In this document: piece after piece, positions 29,805 through 40,100 of the stretch
Position numbering within the stretch: position 1 is the first letter of the stretch
Layout of the letters: each line of letters begins with the position of its first letter
Assembly (NCBI GenBank): GCA_963667035.1
Contig: OY762964.1
Coordinates: 480,001 to 544,000, forward strand
Length of the DNA: 64,000 nt
DNA from: Candidatus Cloacimonadales bacterium
GTDB lineage: Bacteria; Cloacimonadota; Cloacimonadia; Cloacimonadales; JAFGVF01
Direction: 5' to 3'
Made by a program: the position numbers and the translations under genes
Notes under the pieces: generated by a model
Told to the model about the DNA's origin: nothing
The model's input: the letters and a program-made list of their open reading frames with translations, nothing else
The model's database searches: none

Positions 29805-30635
29805 CTATTTGCCTTTAACTTTGTCAACTAGAGCCTGATACTTATCACAGTATTCAGGGACTTCTACTTGCTTCATGACGCCACGAATAATCTTACCTTC
29901 GATTTTCTCGGGAGGTAATTTATCCATTGCAGTATTAAGAATTGAGTTATCTCTCATGTGCATCATCATCTCGGGAGCTCCGCCTTTTTTATTCAGACGC
30001 CCAAAGATAACAGGACATGCACTTACAACATCAATAATTGAGAATCCTTTGTGTTGCATAGCATCAACAATCATCTTCTGTAATTCGATTGTATGGAAAG
30101 CAGTTGTTCGTGCAACATAGGTAGCACCGGCACCGATAGCTAAATTACAAAGGTCAAAAGGAGCATCTAAATTACCATAAGGAGCTGTAGTTGCTCTTGC
30201 ATCTACAGGAGTTGTAGGAGAGTATTGTCCACCGGTCATACCATAGATATTATTATTAATAACTATAACAGTGATGTCAATATTTCTTCTAGCGGCATGA
30301 ATAAGGTGATTACCACCGATAGCGGAACTGTCACCGTCTCCTGTAACAACAATCACTTTCATATCAGGGTTATAGGTCTTAACACCTGTAGCAAATGCGA
30401 TAGCTCTTCCATGAAGAGTATGTAATGTATTAAGATCAATGTAAACAGGCATACGGCTTGAACAACCGATTCCTGAAACCATTGTAATATTATTTCTGTC
30501 TAAGTTTTGTTCTGCTATGGCTCTGATGATTGTACCAAGGATTGTTCCATTGCTACAACCTGCACACCATACGTGTGGGAACTTTTTGTCATGACGGAGG
30601 AAATTATGTACTACTCTTTGCGGTACCTTTTTCAT
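29805..30635 (-). CDS. korB: 2-oxoacid:ferredoxin oxidoreductase beta subunit
   Basis: WCAGC, GIGCS, GDGD..IGGNH, YGMTGGQ. Confidence 0.92.
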   Translation of the reverse strand: MKKVPQRVVHNFLRHDKKFPHVWCAGCSNGTILGTIIRAIAEQNLDRNNITMVSGIGCSSRMPVYIDLNTLHTLHGRAIAFATGVKTYNPDMKVIVVTGDGDSSAIGGNHLIHAARRNIDITVIVINNNIYGMTGGQYSPTTPVDARATTAPYGNLDAPFDLCNLAIGAGATYVARTTAFHTIELQKMIVDAMQHKGFSIIDVVSACPVIFGRLNKKGGAPEMMMHMRDNSILNTAMDKLPPEKIEGKIIRGVMKQVEVPEYCDKYQALVDKVKGK

Positions 30636-31789
30636 TACAATACCTCCTTAATTTTTTGAAGAATCTGGGTTGGAGTGATAAGAGTACCGTTTACTCTTTG
30701 GAATCCGATAAGTTTGGAATCTGATTCACTCTTAACAAGTCTTCTAAGCTCATGAAGCAATTGACCTTGATTAAGCTCAGGAACAACTACATATTCTACG
30801 TTCTTAAGCATTTTACGAACTGCATCGTCCGGGAATGGCCAAATTGTTAAAGGTCTTAACAATCCGACTTTGAGTCCTTCACTTCTAGCAATCTTAACTG
30901 CAGCTTTAGCTGAACGTGACATGATACCGGCAGCAAAAATAGCTATTTTTGCATCTTCCATCATGTAACTTTCAATTTGCACAAGGTCTCTGATGTTATG
31001 AACTATCTTCTTTTCAAGACGCTCCATCATTGCACCGGCTTCGGCAGGTTTGTTTGTTGGAAAACCGTGTTGGTCATGAGAAAGACCGGTAACATGGAAT
31101 CTGTAACCGTCTCCATAACTTGCTAGAGGTGAAAGATACTTTTGGTTTTCATCATAATGTTTATACCAGTGGGCAGGTACAGTCGGCTTAATACGATTTA
31201 TAATAGGAATTTCAGAAGCATCAGGTATTGATATTGCTTCACGCATGTGTCCGATTACTTCGTCTAAAAGTAAAACAACACAAGTTCTATATTTTTCAGC
31301 CAAATTAAAGGCCCTAATAGTTAAAGCATAGCTTTCCTTAACCGAGCAAGGATACAGAACTATAGCCGGAGCATCACCGTGTGAACCCCAACGAGACTGC
31401 ATAATGTCTCCTTGTCCAGGGCTTGTTGGCATACCTGTACTTGGTCCGTTTCTTTGAACATCAACAACAACGCATGGAGTTTCGGTTATTTTAGCAAATC
31501 CGATACCTTCTTGCATAAGAGAGAAACCCGGACCACTTGTTGCAGTCATTGATTTAGCTCCTGCCAAAGATGCACCTATAATAGCTGCAATACTGGCGAT
31601 TTCATCTTCCATCTGTATGAAAGCTTTACCTTTTTTAGGTAATTCTTTAGCAAGAATCTCGGCAATTTCTGTTGAAGGAGTAATGGGGTAACCTGCAAAA
31701 TAATCGCAACCTGCAGCTAATGCTCCGGCTGCAACCGCTTCGTTTCCTTGCATTAATACAAGACCTGGTTTACTAGTTTTGCGAGCCAT
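30635..31789 (-). CDS. korA: 2-oxoacid:ferredoxin oxidoreductase alpha subunit
   Basis: GYPITPSTE, QMEDE, TSGPG, GPSTGMPT; substrate specificity cannot be fixed from sequence alone. Confidence 0.92.
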   Translation of the reverse strand: MARKTSKPGLVLMQGNEAVAAGALAAGCDYFAGYPITPSTEIAEILAKELPKKGKAFIQMEDEIASIAAIIGASLAGAKSMTATSGPGFSLMQEGIGFAKITETPCVVVDVQRNGPSTGMPTSPGQGDIMQSRWGSHGDAPAIVLYPCSVKESYALTIRAFNLAEKYRTCVVLLLDEVIGHMREAISIPDASEIPIINRIKPTVPAHWYKHYDENQKYLSPLASYGDGYRFHVTGLSHDQHGFPTNKPAEAGAMMERLEKKIVHNIRDLVQIESYMMEDAKIAIFAAGIMSRSAKAAVKIARSEGLKVGLLRPLTIWPFPDDAVRKMLKNVEYVVVPELNQGQLLHELRRLVKSESDSKLIGFQRVNGTLITPTQILQKIKEVL

Positions 31790-32099
31790 ATACTTCCTCC
31801 CGTTTGTCTTTTGCGCCGGTTATAGCAAAGTCCGGGCACAATCTGTCACATGTTTCACAGTGAATACATTTTTCCGGGTCTTTCACGTACGGTGAACCGT
31901 CTGCCTTCCTAGCAAGACACTTTGTCGGGCAGAATGCCACGCAAATACCGCACTTCTTACACCAATTGTAGTAGATGTAGACCGGGGCGTTAAAATCTCC
32001 TGTTGATTTCACTTCATTCAGTTCAACAGTCATTTTCTCAGAGGAGTCTTCTTCCCTGATTATCGTTCCGGTACGGTCCTTTTCTACTTTTTCGGACAT
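31773..32099 (-). CDS. korD: 2[4Fe-4S] ferredoxin, delta subunit of the oxidoreductase
   Basis: CKKCGICVAFCP and CIHCETCDRLCPD. Confidence 0.9.
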   Translation of the reverse strand: MSEKVEKDRTGTIIREEDSSEKMTVELNEVKSTGDFNAPVYIYYNWCKKCGICVAFCPTKCLARKADGSPYVKDPEKCIHCETCDRLCPDFAITGAKDKREEVYGSQN

Positions 32100-32316
32100 C
32101 GTTTTCCTCCAATGTTAAACAAAATTGAAGTCAACATACTCATGTTTATATAAATAGCAAGCTTTTTCGACTTTTTTAACATTGCTCCTGTAGTCGTAAT
32201 TCCGCTTAAAACCCTCTACTAAAGGCTTTAACATGGTTTTGTGTAACTTTGGATTTTTTTGTAATGACAGCTCTCTAATATACCTATTCACCTTTTTTAC
32301 AAAATTTATACCTTTA

Positions 32317-32718
32317 TTAACCCTCTGTAATTGCTAAGATTATTTCCCTGTTTCTTGCTCCGTCGAATTCGCAGAAATACACGCCTTGCCAGCGTCCGAG
32401 TAACAACTCGTTGTTATGGATTATTATCCTGCAATCGGTTCCTGTTAATGTAGATAGAAGATGAGCATCCGAGTTGCCTTCATAGTGTTTGAACTCCGGT
32501 CTATCGGGTGAAAGAATATCAAAACTGTGGAGTAAATCCTTAACAACATCCGGATCGGCACATTCGTTTATTGTTATACCTGCAGTAGTGTGAGGACAGA
32601 AAACCGTTATAATACCATTATCTATTCCCGAGTCTTTAACAATAGACTCTATCTTTTGGGTAATATTCACCATCTGTTTTCTGCTATTCGTTTTTATAGC
32701 AATTCTTTTTATTATCAT
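32317..32718 (-). CDS. yjbQ: YjbQ/UPF0047 family protein
   Basis: PHTTAGITINE, HYEGNSDAH, LGRWQGVYFCEFDG. Confidence 0.93.
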   Translation of the reverse strand: MIIKRIAIKTNSRKQMVNITQKIESIVKDSGIDNGIITVFCPHTTAGITINECADPDVVKDLLHSFDILSPDRPEFKHYEGNSDAHLLSTLTGTDCRIIIHNNELLLGRWQGVYFCEFDGARNREIILAITEG

Positions 32719-32898
32719 AAATCCTCCCAATGGTAGGTTGAATATGGTTTAATAATTTGTCAATCTGATGTCTGATTTAGTGTAAATGGACTTCCTTATG
32801 ATAATATTGTTTAAAAAAGGAATCTACAGTGCGTTTTATGCATAGTTTCAGAGATGCTACGATCTTCAACTGAACTTACTTTTCTCGATTTACCAACG

Positions 32899-32988
32899 CA
32901 CTATGTTCGCACTGTGAATGCACTGTGTTCCCGGTATCCACTCACTGAAACACTGGGTTAGCAGTGCTTTTACAGTGCGAACGCAGTG
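32899..32988. repeat. 90-bp imperfect palindrome with 11-bp-phased CACTG/CAGTG motifs, copy A
   Basis: CACTG-like at 32899, 32910, 32921, 32932, 32943; CAGTG at 32962, 32973, 32984; collinear with 54526..54615. Confidence 0.9.
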
Positions 32989-33238
32989 GGAAGAAAGGAC
33001 TTTGGTTAAGAGTCTGCTGAATGGGAAAAAAGTGAATAAATATACACATTTTTGGAATATTTCCAAAACAAAAATACATAGTTTAGAACAGAAAAGAGTG
33101 GAGATTAACTTAATGAAATCTATCAATAATGCAAAATTAACACGAAAAGTGTTGAAAAATATTGAGGTGTAAGGAAAAGTAATATTTGGTTTGACAAGAA
33201 TACATAATCTTCAATATTAAGAAGAATCGGGAGGAATA

Positions 33239-33550
33239 ATGAAAAGGAAAAATGAAAAGTCCAAGAAATCAACTGTTCGTATAGTAGTGATTTGTATATT
33301 TCTTTCGATTATGTATCTTTCTTTTATCGACCATTTCAGTTTGGTTAAAGTAATTAAAGCAAAGCTAAAAACATCCCGGCTGGAAAGTAAGCTTGCAGAA
33401 GTAAATAAAGCAAACGAAGAGCTTAAAGATAAGAATGAATCTCTCAAGAAGAGCGATGATGAGATAGAGAGAATCGCCCGAGAGCAATTTGGTTATCGCA
33501 AGAAAGATGAGAATGAAGTTAGATTTATTGATAAAAAAGAAATAGAGTAG
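33239..33550 (+). CDS. Septum formation initiator (FtsB/DivIC family)
   Basis: One TM, coiled coil, IERIAREQFGY..ENE. Confidence 0.85.
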   Translation: MKRKNEKSKKSTVRIVVICIFLSIMYLSFIDHFSLVKVIKAKLKTSRLESKLAEVNKANEELKDKNESLKKSDDEIERIAREQFGYRKKDENEVRFIDKKEIE

Positions 33551-33558
33551 AGGAATTT

Positions 33559-34662
33559 ATGGCAAAAGTTGTAGTATCGAATGTAAACAAGATTTATGAA
33601 AATGGATTTCATGCGGTCAAAGGTGCAGACTTTGTAGCTGAAGATAAAGAGTTTGTAGTACTTGTCGGTCCGTCAGGTTGTGGTAAGACAACAACTTTAC
33701 GCTTAATTGCAGGATTGGAGGATATCACTGACGGAAAGATTTTGATTGGTGAAAAAGTGGTAAATGATGTGTTACCCAAAGATAGAGATATTGCTATGGT
33801 ATTCCAGAACTATGCACTGTATCCTCATATGACTGTTTTCAATAATATGGCTTTTGCACTTAAATTACGTAAAACTCCTAAAGACGAGATAAAAAAGAAA
33901 GTTCAAGATGCTGCTGATTTATTGGGTATAGGGCATCTACTTGATAGAAAACCAAAACAGCTTTCGGGTGGACAAAGACAACGTGTAGCTCTAGGTCGTG
34001 CGATTGTTAGAAACCCTAAAGTATTCTTGTTTGATGAACCTTTGTCCAATCTTGATGCCAAGTTACGTGTACAAATGAGAGCTGAAATCTCAAAGTTAAG
34101 CAAGAAACTAGCTACTACAATGATTTATGTTACACATGATCAAGTTGAAGCAATGACAATGGCTGATAAGATTGTTGTCATGAAAGATGGAGTTGTTAAT
34201 CAAATTGACTCTCCACTGAATGTTTATAATCAACCGGCGAATCTTTTCGTAGCAGGTTTTATAGGAAGTCCTTCTATTAACATCTTTAACGGAAAATTGA
34301 AACGCAATGGAGAAACACTGATATTTGTCGCAGATAATTTTGAATTGGAGTTATCTCCCAAACAGATAGCTAAAGTAAAACATCTTGAAGGCAAAGAAGC
34401 TATCATGGGAATAAGACCGGAAGATATTTATGATTCGGAATTCGATTCAATGGCTACTTCACCTCAGAAGATAAAGGCTGTGTGCGATCTTGTAGAACCA
34501 ATGGGTAATGAGTTTACTGTATTCTTTATTTGTGGGGATGATAAGTTTACAGCTAGATTCGACCCTAAGAAATTCCCTGCTCTCAATGCAGAGATGTCAG
34601 TTACTTTCGATATGGAGAAAATACATTTCTTTGATAAAGATTCAGAGGAGTGCATTTACTAA
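33559..34662 (+). CDS. Sugar ABC transporter ATP-binding protein (MalK/UgpC/MsmX family)
   Basis: GPSGCGKT, MVFQNYALYPHM, LSGGQRQR, DEPLSNLDAKLR, C-terminal TOBE. Confidence 0.95.
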   Translation: MAKVVVSNVNKIYENGFHAVKGADFVAEDKEFVVLVGPSGCGKTTTLRLIAGLEDITDGKILIGEKVVNDVLPKDRDIAMVFQNYALYPHMTVFNNMAFALKLRKTPKDEIKKKVQDAADLLGIGHLLDRKPKQLSGGQRQRVALGRAIVRNPKVFLFDEPLSNLDAKLRVQMRAEISKLSKKLATTMIYVTHDQVEAMTMADKIVVMKDGVVNQIDSPLNVYNQPANLFVAGFIGSPSINIFNGKLKRNGETLIFVADNFELELSPKQIAKVKHLEGKEAIMGIRPEDIYDSEFDSMATSPQKIKAVCDLVEPMGNEFTVFFICGDDKFTARFDPKKFPALNAEMSVTFDMEKIHFFDKDSEECIY

Positions 34663-34719
34663 ATAAACTATCCCGGCCCCTGATTGTCAGGGGCTTAATT
34701 CTTCCCATCAATTCGAGGC

Positions 34720-35475
34720 ATGCTAAAGAAGTACTATATCCTGATGGGATTGATATTAATCTCAATACTTTATCTAGACTGCAAGCAAGTCTATCTTTCT
34801 AATACTCCTTACACAATAGCTACTTCCGGTATACCTGAAGCAGATAAATTATCATTTAGCTTATCTTCTGGTGTAACTTGTTACTTTAGCGAATCGGATT
34901 TGTTTGTTAAGAACCTGATATGGTCTCAACGAAGAAAATACACAACAAACTCACTAAAGGTAAGTAATCTATCCAATCAGTATATCAATGAGATACAGAC
35001 AGAATTCGAAATCGGTTATTGGTCGGAGAATATAGCCTTAAGCTCGAATGCCGGTGTCAGCTATTCCAAAGCTAAAGGATATGATTCAATTGAAACATAT
35101 TCGCTGGATTTTATAGCAAATTGGAAGCTGTGGATTGTTGATTACTATTTTAAAACTGACAACTTGATTAACAAATCCAAAGAAAGAGTTCATCCGCTTA
35201 GAAGAGTAAGTAGTGGACTAATCTACAATGAATTGGATTTTGCAGAGTTAGGGATCGGGGCGTTCTTCGAAGAGGAACATCCATTTGCTCTATCTATGTA
35301 TTCAAAAGTAAAAGTAACTCCCTTAGTTTCCCTTATTGCCAGCTTCAGAACTGATACGGATGCACTAAGCTATGGAATGGAGTTGAAGAAACTACCATTT
35401 AAAGTTCTGTATGCAGTTAGGTCTCATCCTGAACTGAAACTAACCCATGCAATATCCATCTCTTATTCAAAGTAA
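34720..35475 (+). CDS. Hypothetical exported protein, probable outer-membrane beta-barrel
   Basis: Signal peptide, alternating beta-strand pattern, C-terminal SHPELKLTHAISISY. Confidence 0.55.
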   Translation: MLKKYYILMGLILISILYLDCKQVYLSNTPYTIATSGIPEADKLSFSLSSGVTCYFSESDLFVKNLIWSQRRKYTTNSLKVSNLSNQYINEIQTEFEIGYWSENIALSSNAGVSYSKAKGYDSIETYSLDFIANWKLWIVDYYFKTDNLINKSKERVHPLRRVSSGLIYNELDFAELGIGAFFEEEHPFALSMYSKVKVTPLVSLIASFRTDTDALSYGMELKKLPFKVLYAVRSHPELKLTHAISISYSK

Positions 35476-37003
35476 ACTACCGATTGTACTCCTATTTGTA
35501 TTTGCTTATACATCAATTCTATCTCTGGAAATGTTTACAGATTATTCAGAGTTTGATAATGATACGGAAGATTACATCATACTCCAAAGCATACTTGATT
35601 CCGGTATAAATATAAACACTGTGAGCATAGAGGAGCTTGAAATACTTGGATTAGACAGGAATGAGATAGACGAATTGGTGAAATTGAGAGAAATGAACGA
35701 TGATATTACCGTCAGCGATTTAAGAGCAAAACTAAGCATTGGTAACAAGCTGTTTGTATATGAGGAGTATCTTTTACTGTCTGATAAAAGAGATTTTAAA
35801 GCTAAATCAGTTATAACAGGCAAAATGACGGATGGGAAGTACAGAATCTCTACGATAGAAGAGCTTAAAGTAAACAATTGTGTTACTTCATTGTCAGTTA
35901 ATAATGATAGAATTAAGTTTTGTTCGTATTCAAAGCAATTGGGGTTATTGGATTATTCCTTAGGAAGTTTTAAGTATAACTTTGGGAATGGTCTGATATT
36001 GCAAGCAACACAGAGAACCGGGATTTACTATACTCCGGAAATTTCATTGTGGAGTGATAAAAGATATGCCGGAGGTTTAATTAAATTACAACATAAAGCT
36101 TTGACTGTTAATGCTTTTTGCTTGTCAGATGCTAAAATCCCGGAACAAACAATAGTAACACCTGAGCAGGACAGAACTGCTGAGATCTCAGGCATAACTC
36201 TTAAATATAAAACTGTTTCATTACTTGCAAGTAGGCAGACAATACAAGGAGAAAGGGAAAGATACTTCTACAGTTTTTTCTATCAATGTAATAGTAAATT
36301 CGGTTCAATTGAATTGGAAGGAATTATCAATGAAAAACCTTCAATAAGCTCGAAAGTGGTTACAAAATACAAACAATTTAAGCAGACGGTTAAAATCAAT
36401 CACGTGAATGAATCCCAGAAAAGACCATTCTCAAACTATTATAATGATTTCTATTATTACGACTCTTTTCAATGCTTTTTATGGAAAATCGAAAGGATTG
36501 GATTTATAAAACCTGAGATAGATATCAGCTATTACAAGAGTTCGGAATACAAACATATCAAAAGCAGTAAGAAGATTGGTATAAAAGTGGGAACGGATAG
36601 TTATGTTAAACTATACTTGAAGCACATTGACAGAGTTGGTACGGAGGAATTGAAATTCGGTATGGAGACAGGTGCAACAATTTCAAAAATGCTAAGAAAC
36701 AGAACTGTTTTCAGTTTTCTTAATAAAGCTGATAAAAGGTCATATTCCCTTTTAAGCAGATTCTACCTTACCTTTAGCAAAGCTAATTGCTTCTTTGAGA
36801 TAAAAGCAACTAAATCAGAGATAAATCTGTATAGCTCTAATGATTATCTTGAATACAATGAAATAACAGTAAACGATATATTTACCATTGCCGGAGGACT
36901 AAATTACAGCCCCATAGAAGTGATTACTGTAAATGCAGTTATAAAGAAACAGTTAAGTAGTAATGAGATGAATGCCAGGATAACACTTTACGTCAGAATA
37001 TAA
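35447..37003 (+). CDS. Helix-hairpin-helix (ComEA-like) domain fused to a probable beta-barrel
   Basis: ININTVSIEELEILGL (ComEA-like), SLGSFKYNFGNGL, beta-rich C-terminus. Confidence 0.6.
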   Translation: MQYPSLIQSKLPIVLLFVFAYTSILSLEMFTDYSEFDNDTEDYIILQSILDSGININTVSIEELEILGLDRNEIDELVKLREMNDDITVSDLRAKLSIGNKLFVYEEYLLLSDKRDFKAKSVITGKMTDGKYRISTIEELKVNNCVTSLSVNNDRIKFCSYSKQLGLLDYSLGSFKYNFGNGLILQATQRTGIYYTPEISLWSDKRYAGGLIKLQHKALTVNAFCLSDAKIPEQTIVTPEQDRTAEISGITLKYKTVSLLASRQTIQGERERYFYSFFYQCNSKFGSIELEGIINEKPSISSKVVTKYKQFKQTVKINHVNESQKRPFSNYYNDFYYYDSFQCFLWKIERIGFIKPEIDISYYKSSEYKHIKSSKKIGIKVGTDSYVKLYLKHIDRVGTEELKFGMETGATISKMLRNRTVFSFLNKADKRSYSLLSRFYLTFSKANCFFEIKATKSEINLYSSNDYLEYNEITVNDIFTIAGGLNYSPIEVITVNAVIKKQLSSNEMNARITLYVRI

Positions 37004-37131
37004 AAGTTTTTTTATAAACATTTGTCCCATATTATATTACAATTATGGTGGTCTTAAAGAATAAAACAACTACTAATTAGTTATTGACAATTCTATAATC
37101 GGACATATCGATTGGTAAACGGGGAAGACAA

Positions 37132-40100
37132 ATGACAAAGAAAGAGAAAAGACTGGCAGGAAGCTTTCAAAAGATTCTAATCATTAGTACAATCTTGAGT
37201 GTAGCAATAATCTTTGCTTTCAGAATGGTGTGGCACTATTCATTCCTGAAATCGGGATTAAGCTCAACAGAAGATAGTATTAAGAAACTGTATCAGAAAG
37301 AAGTTAAGAATTATGCTAAGTATAATGCAAGATACTTAGATGAGTTTTTAGATGATCTACAGAATATTATTGAAAGAGAAATAGGTTTATGTGGTAACTC
37401 GCTACACAGTGTTACCGAATCAATCTACAGAGAGAATAGTTTTAAGCTTGGAGAAGTTGAAACCAAGAGAAAAATAGAAGAGAACCTCTGGCATCTGAAA
37501 GATTCATACTTCTTAAATTCTATTACTATCATAGATTCTAATGGCACTATTATAATGACAAATGGAATTGACGGTATTGAAGGAAAGAGTGTTTACAGTT
37601 TTCTCAGTCATGAAGCACAAGATTATACCAGAAAAGAGATTAGAAATTTGTTCAATTCTCCCGATTTGACTAAGAATAAATATCTCAGCTATTTTTGGAT
37701 TTTATGGTTACATAATTATAGGAACAATATATATTCTGATGAAGAAGAAACTTTAGGAGCTGTACCTCCTGTTATTATAACCGATAAGCTCAAGCAGACA
37801 ATCCCCCCGTTTAGAAGCATTATCATAAATCATTATGTAAATGATAGAGAGATAGGAACCGTTTTAGGATTCAGAGAATTCAAACCATATAAATGGGGAA
37901 TCATATATGAATACAACATGGGAGATAGATGGTCTGAAACTTTAAATAGGAAGCTAGACGAGGTTTATACCTTGGTTCAAGGACTGTATGAAGATGTAAA
38001 GGTAATGTCTCTTTTTATTGATAGTAGAACCGAGAAGCATATATTTCTTGGGAATAAAGATTACTGGCTTGCTAAAAAAGATTTAATTTCATTCATAAAA
38101 AAGACTCTAATTGAAAATTATAAAGATAGGGAAGAAAAAGAAGGATTCTTCTCCTTTGAATATCCCTACGGTAAGAATTCAAAGAACTACATTTGTAGTT
38201 ACAAATTCACGACCAATCCTAAAGGGGTCTCTGTAACCGTCATAGAAGAAGGTGCCAAGTTTATGGGCACAGATTACTTAGGGACGATGTTCAAGAAACA
38301 GACAGTAGTAGAGGTTTTAATCATTATATTATTGTTAAGTATATTACTTGTAATAGTACTATTTTGGACACGTTATATAAGAAGGAAGCTAGAGCATTAT
38401 GTTGACTATATTTGCAATGCTTTCAATTCATATACCCCGGGAGTAGTCCCTTTTGAAATGTCTGAATTCAGGTATTGGGAATGGCAGAAAGTTGCTGATG
38501 CTGCGAACAATATGTTGGAGCAAAGATCTAAGATAGAATATGAATTAGATAGTGAAAGAGCATTAACAGAGCAGCTTTTTTCTAGGAATATAAATGCTGT
38601 GGTTTTGATAACTCCCAGTGGGAAAATCATGAAAGCCAACCCTTCCTTTAACATACTGTTTGGATATGAGGATGAAGAGGTCGTCGGTAAGAACATTGAT
38701 GATTTGATTGTTCCTGATGGTATGATGGCAGAGGCTACATGTTATACTAATCAAGCGGTAACAATTGATAATATAAGCTTTGAAGCTAGAAGGAAGCATA
38801 AATGCGGTAGATTGATTGATGTACAAGTTTATACTACTCCCGTTATCGTTAATGATAATGTTGTTGCAATCTATAGTATATATGAAGACATATCATTAAA
38901 GAAGAAAGCCGAACAGCAGATTATAAAGGCTAAAGAAGAAGCCTTAGCAGCATCGAAAGCTAAATCAAGCTTCTTAGCAACTGTAAGTCATGAAATACGC
39001 ACACCTTTAAATGGTATTATTGGTATGACAGAAGTCATGACAAATACTGCACTCAATAAAGAACAGCATGAATACCTGGAGATTATACAGAATAGTGGAG
39101 AAACTCTATTGGTTATTATTAATGATATTCTTGATTTATCTAAGATGGAATCTGGTAACTTGGATATTGTAGATAAGATGTTTGATTTGGATAGATGTCT
39201 TGCTTCTTGCTTGGATGTTATCAGCTCAGAAGCCGAACATAAAGGAATTGAAACAATACTAGCTATCGAACCTTCAGTTCCTAAATTAATATCAGCAGAT
39301 GAGTTCAGGATAAGGCAGGTTTTACTTAATTTCATTAGTAATGCAATCAAGTTTACCGAAAATGGTGAGATACAACTTAGGGTTAGTATAGTAGAGGAAA
39401 ATAGCTCCAATATGCAACTACGATTTGAGCTCTCAGATACCGGTATTGGAATACCGGAAGACAAACTTGAGAGTATATTTGATACATTTACTCAAGCCGA
39501 TTCTACAATAACCCGTAAGTATGGAGGAACCGGATTAGGTCTGGCAATATCTCGTAAGATTATCCAGTTACTGGGAGGGGAAATCAATGTCCAAAGTAAA
39601 GTAGGTGAAGGGACAGTTTTTAGTTTTGAACTCAATGTGGGCGAGTGGGAGAGAGTTCCTCTCGATGCAAAGATTATTAGTAACATTAAGAATAACAAAG
39701 CTTTACTTGTTGATTCCAACGATAATTCTATTCAAGTACATAGAAAGTATTTAGAAAGCTTCTCATTGAAAGTAGAAGTGGTCAAAACTTGCATTGAAGC
39801 AAAAAGCTTGTTAAGCAATGGTTCTAACTATGACTATTGCATAATAAACGACAACATACCTGATAATGGGTACTTTAAACTGGCTAAAGAGATACGTAAA
39901 GTTAATAGTAGTGAACATTTAAAACTAATTTTTCTAAAGTATCCAGGAGCAACTTCAAGTACCTTATCATACTTCCAAGCGATTTTGAGAAAACCGGTTT
40001 CTCTATATAGACTTTTACCTGCATTTATGGAAGATAACAGAGAGCTTAGAGAGCAAAAGTCTCAAATTAGCAGGGAGCTCTATAATGCTTTTGCTGAAGA

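Noticed and set aside
32899..32988. CRISPR array reading of the CACTG repeats
   Set aside because: Units are 5+6 bp and palindromically arranged; no 25-45-bp repeats or spacers and no cas genes
32890..33172. ORFs 32890..33126 (-), 32918..33172 (+) and 54413..54607 (-)
   Set aside because: They overlap the palindromic elements and show no RBS or family motif; the two element copies do not encode similar proteins
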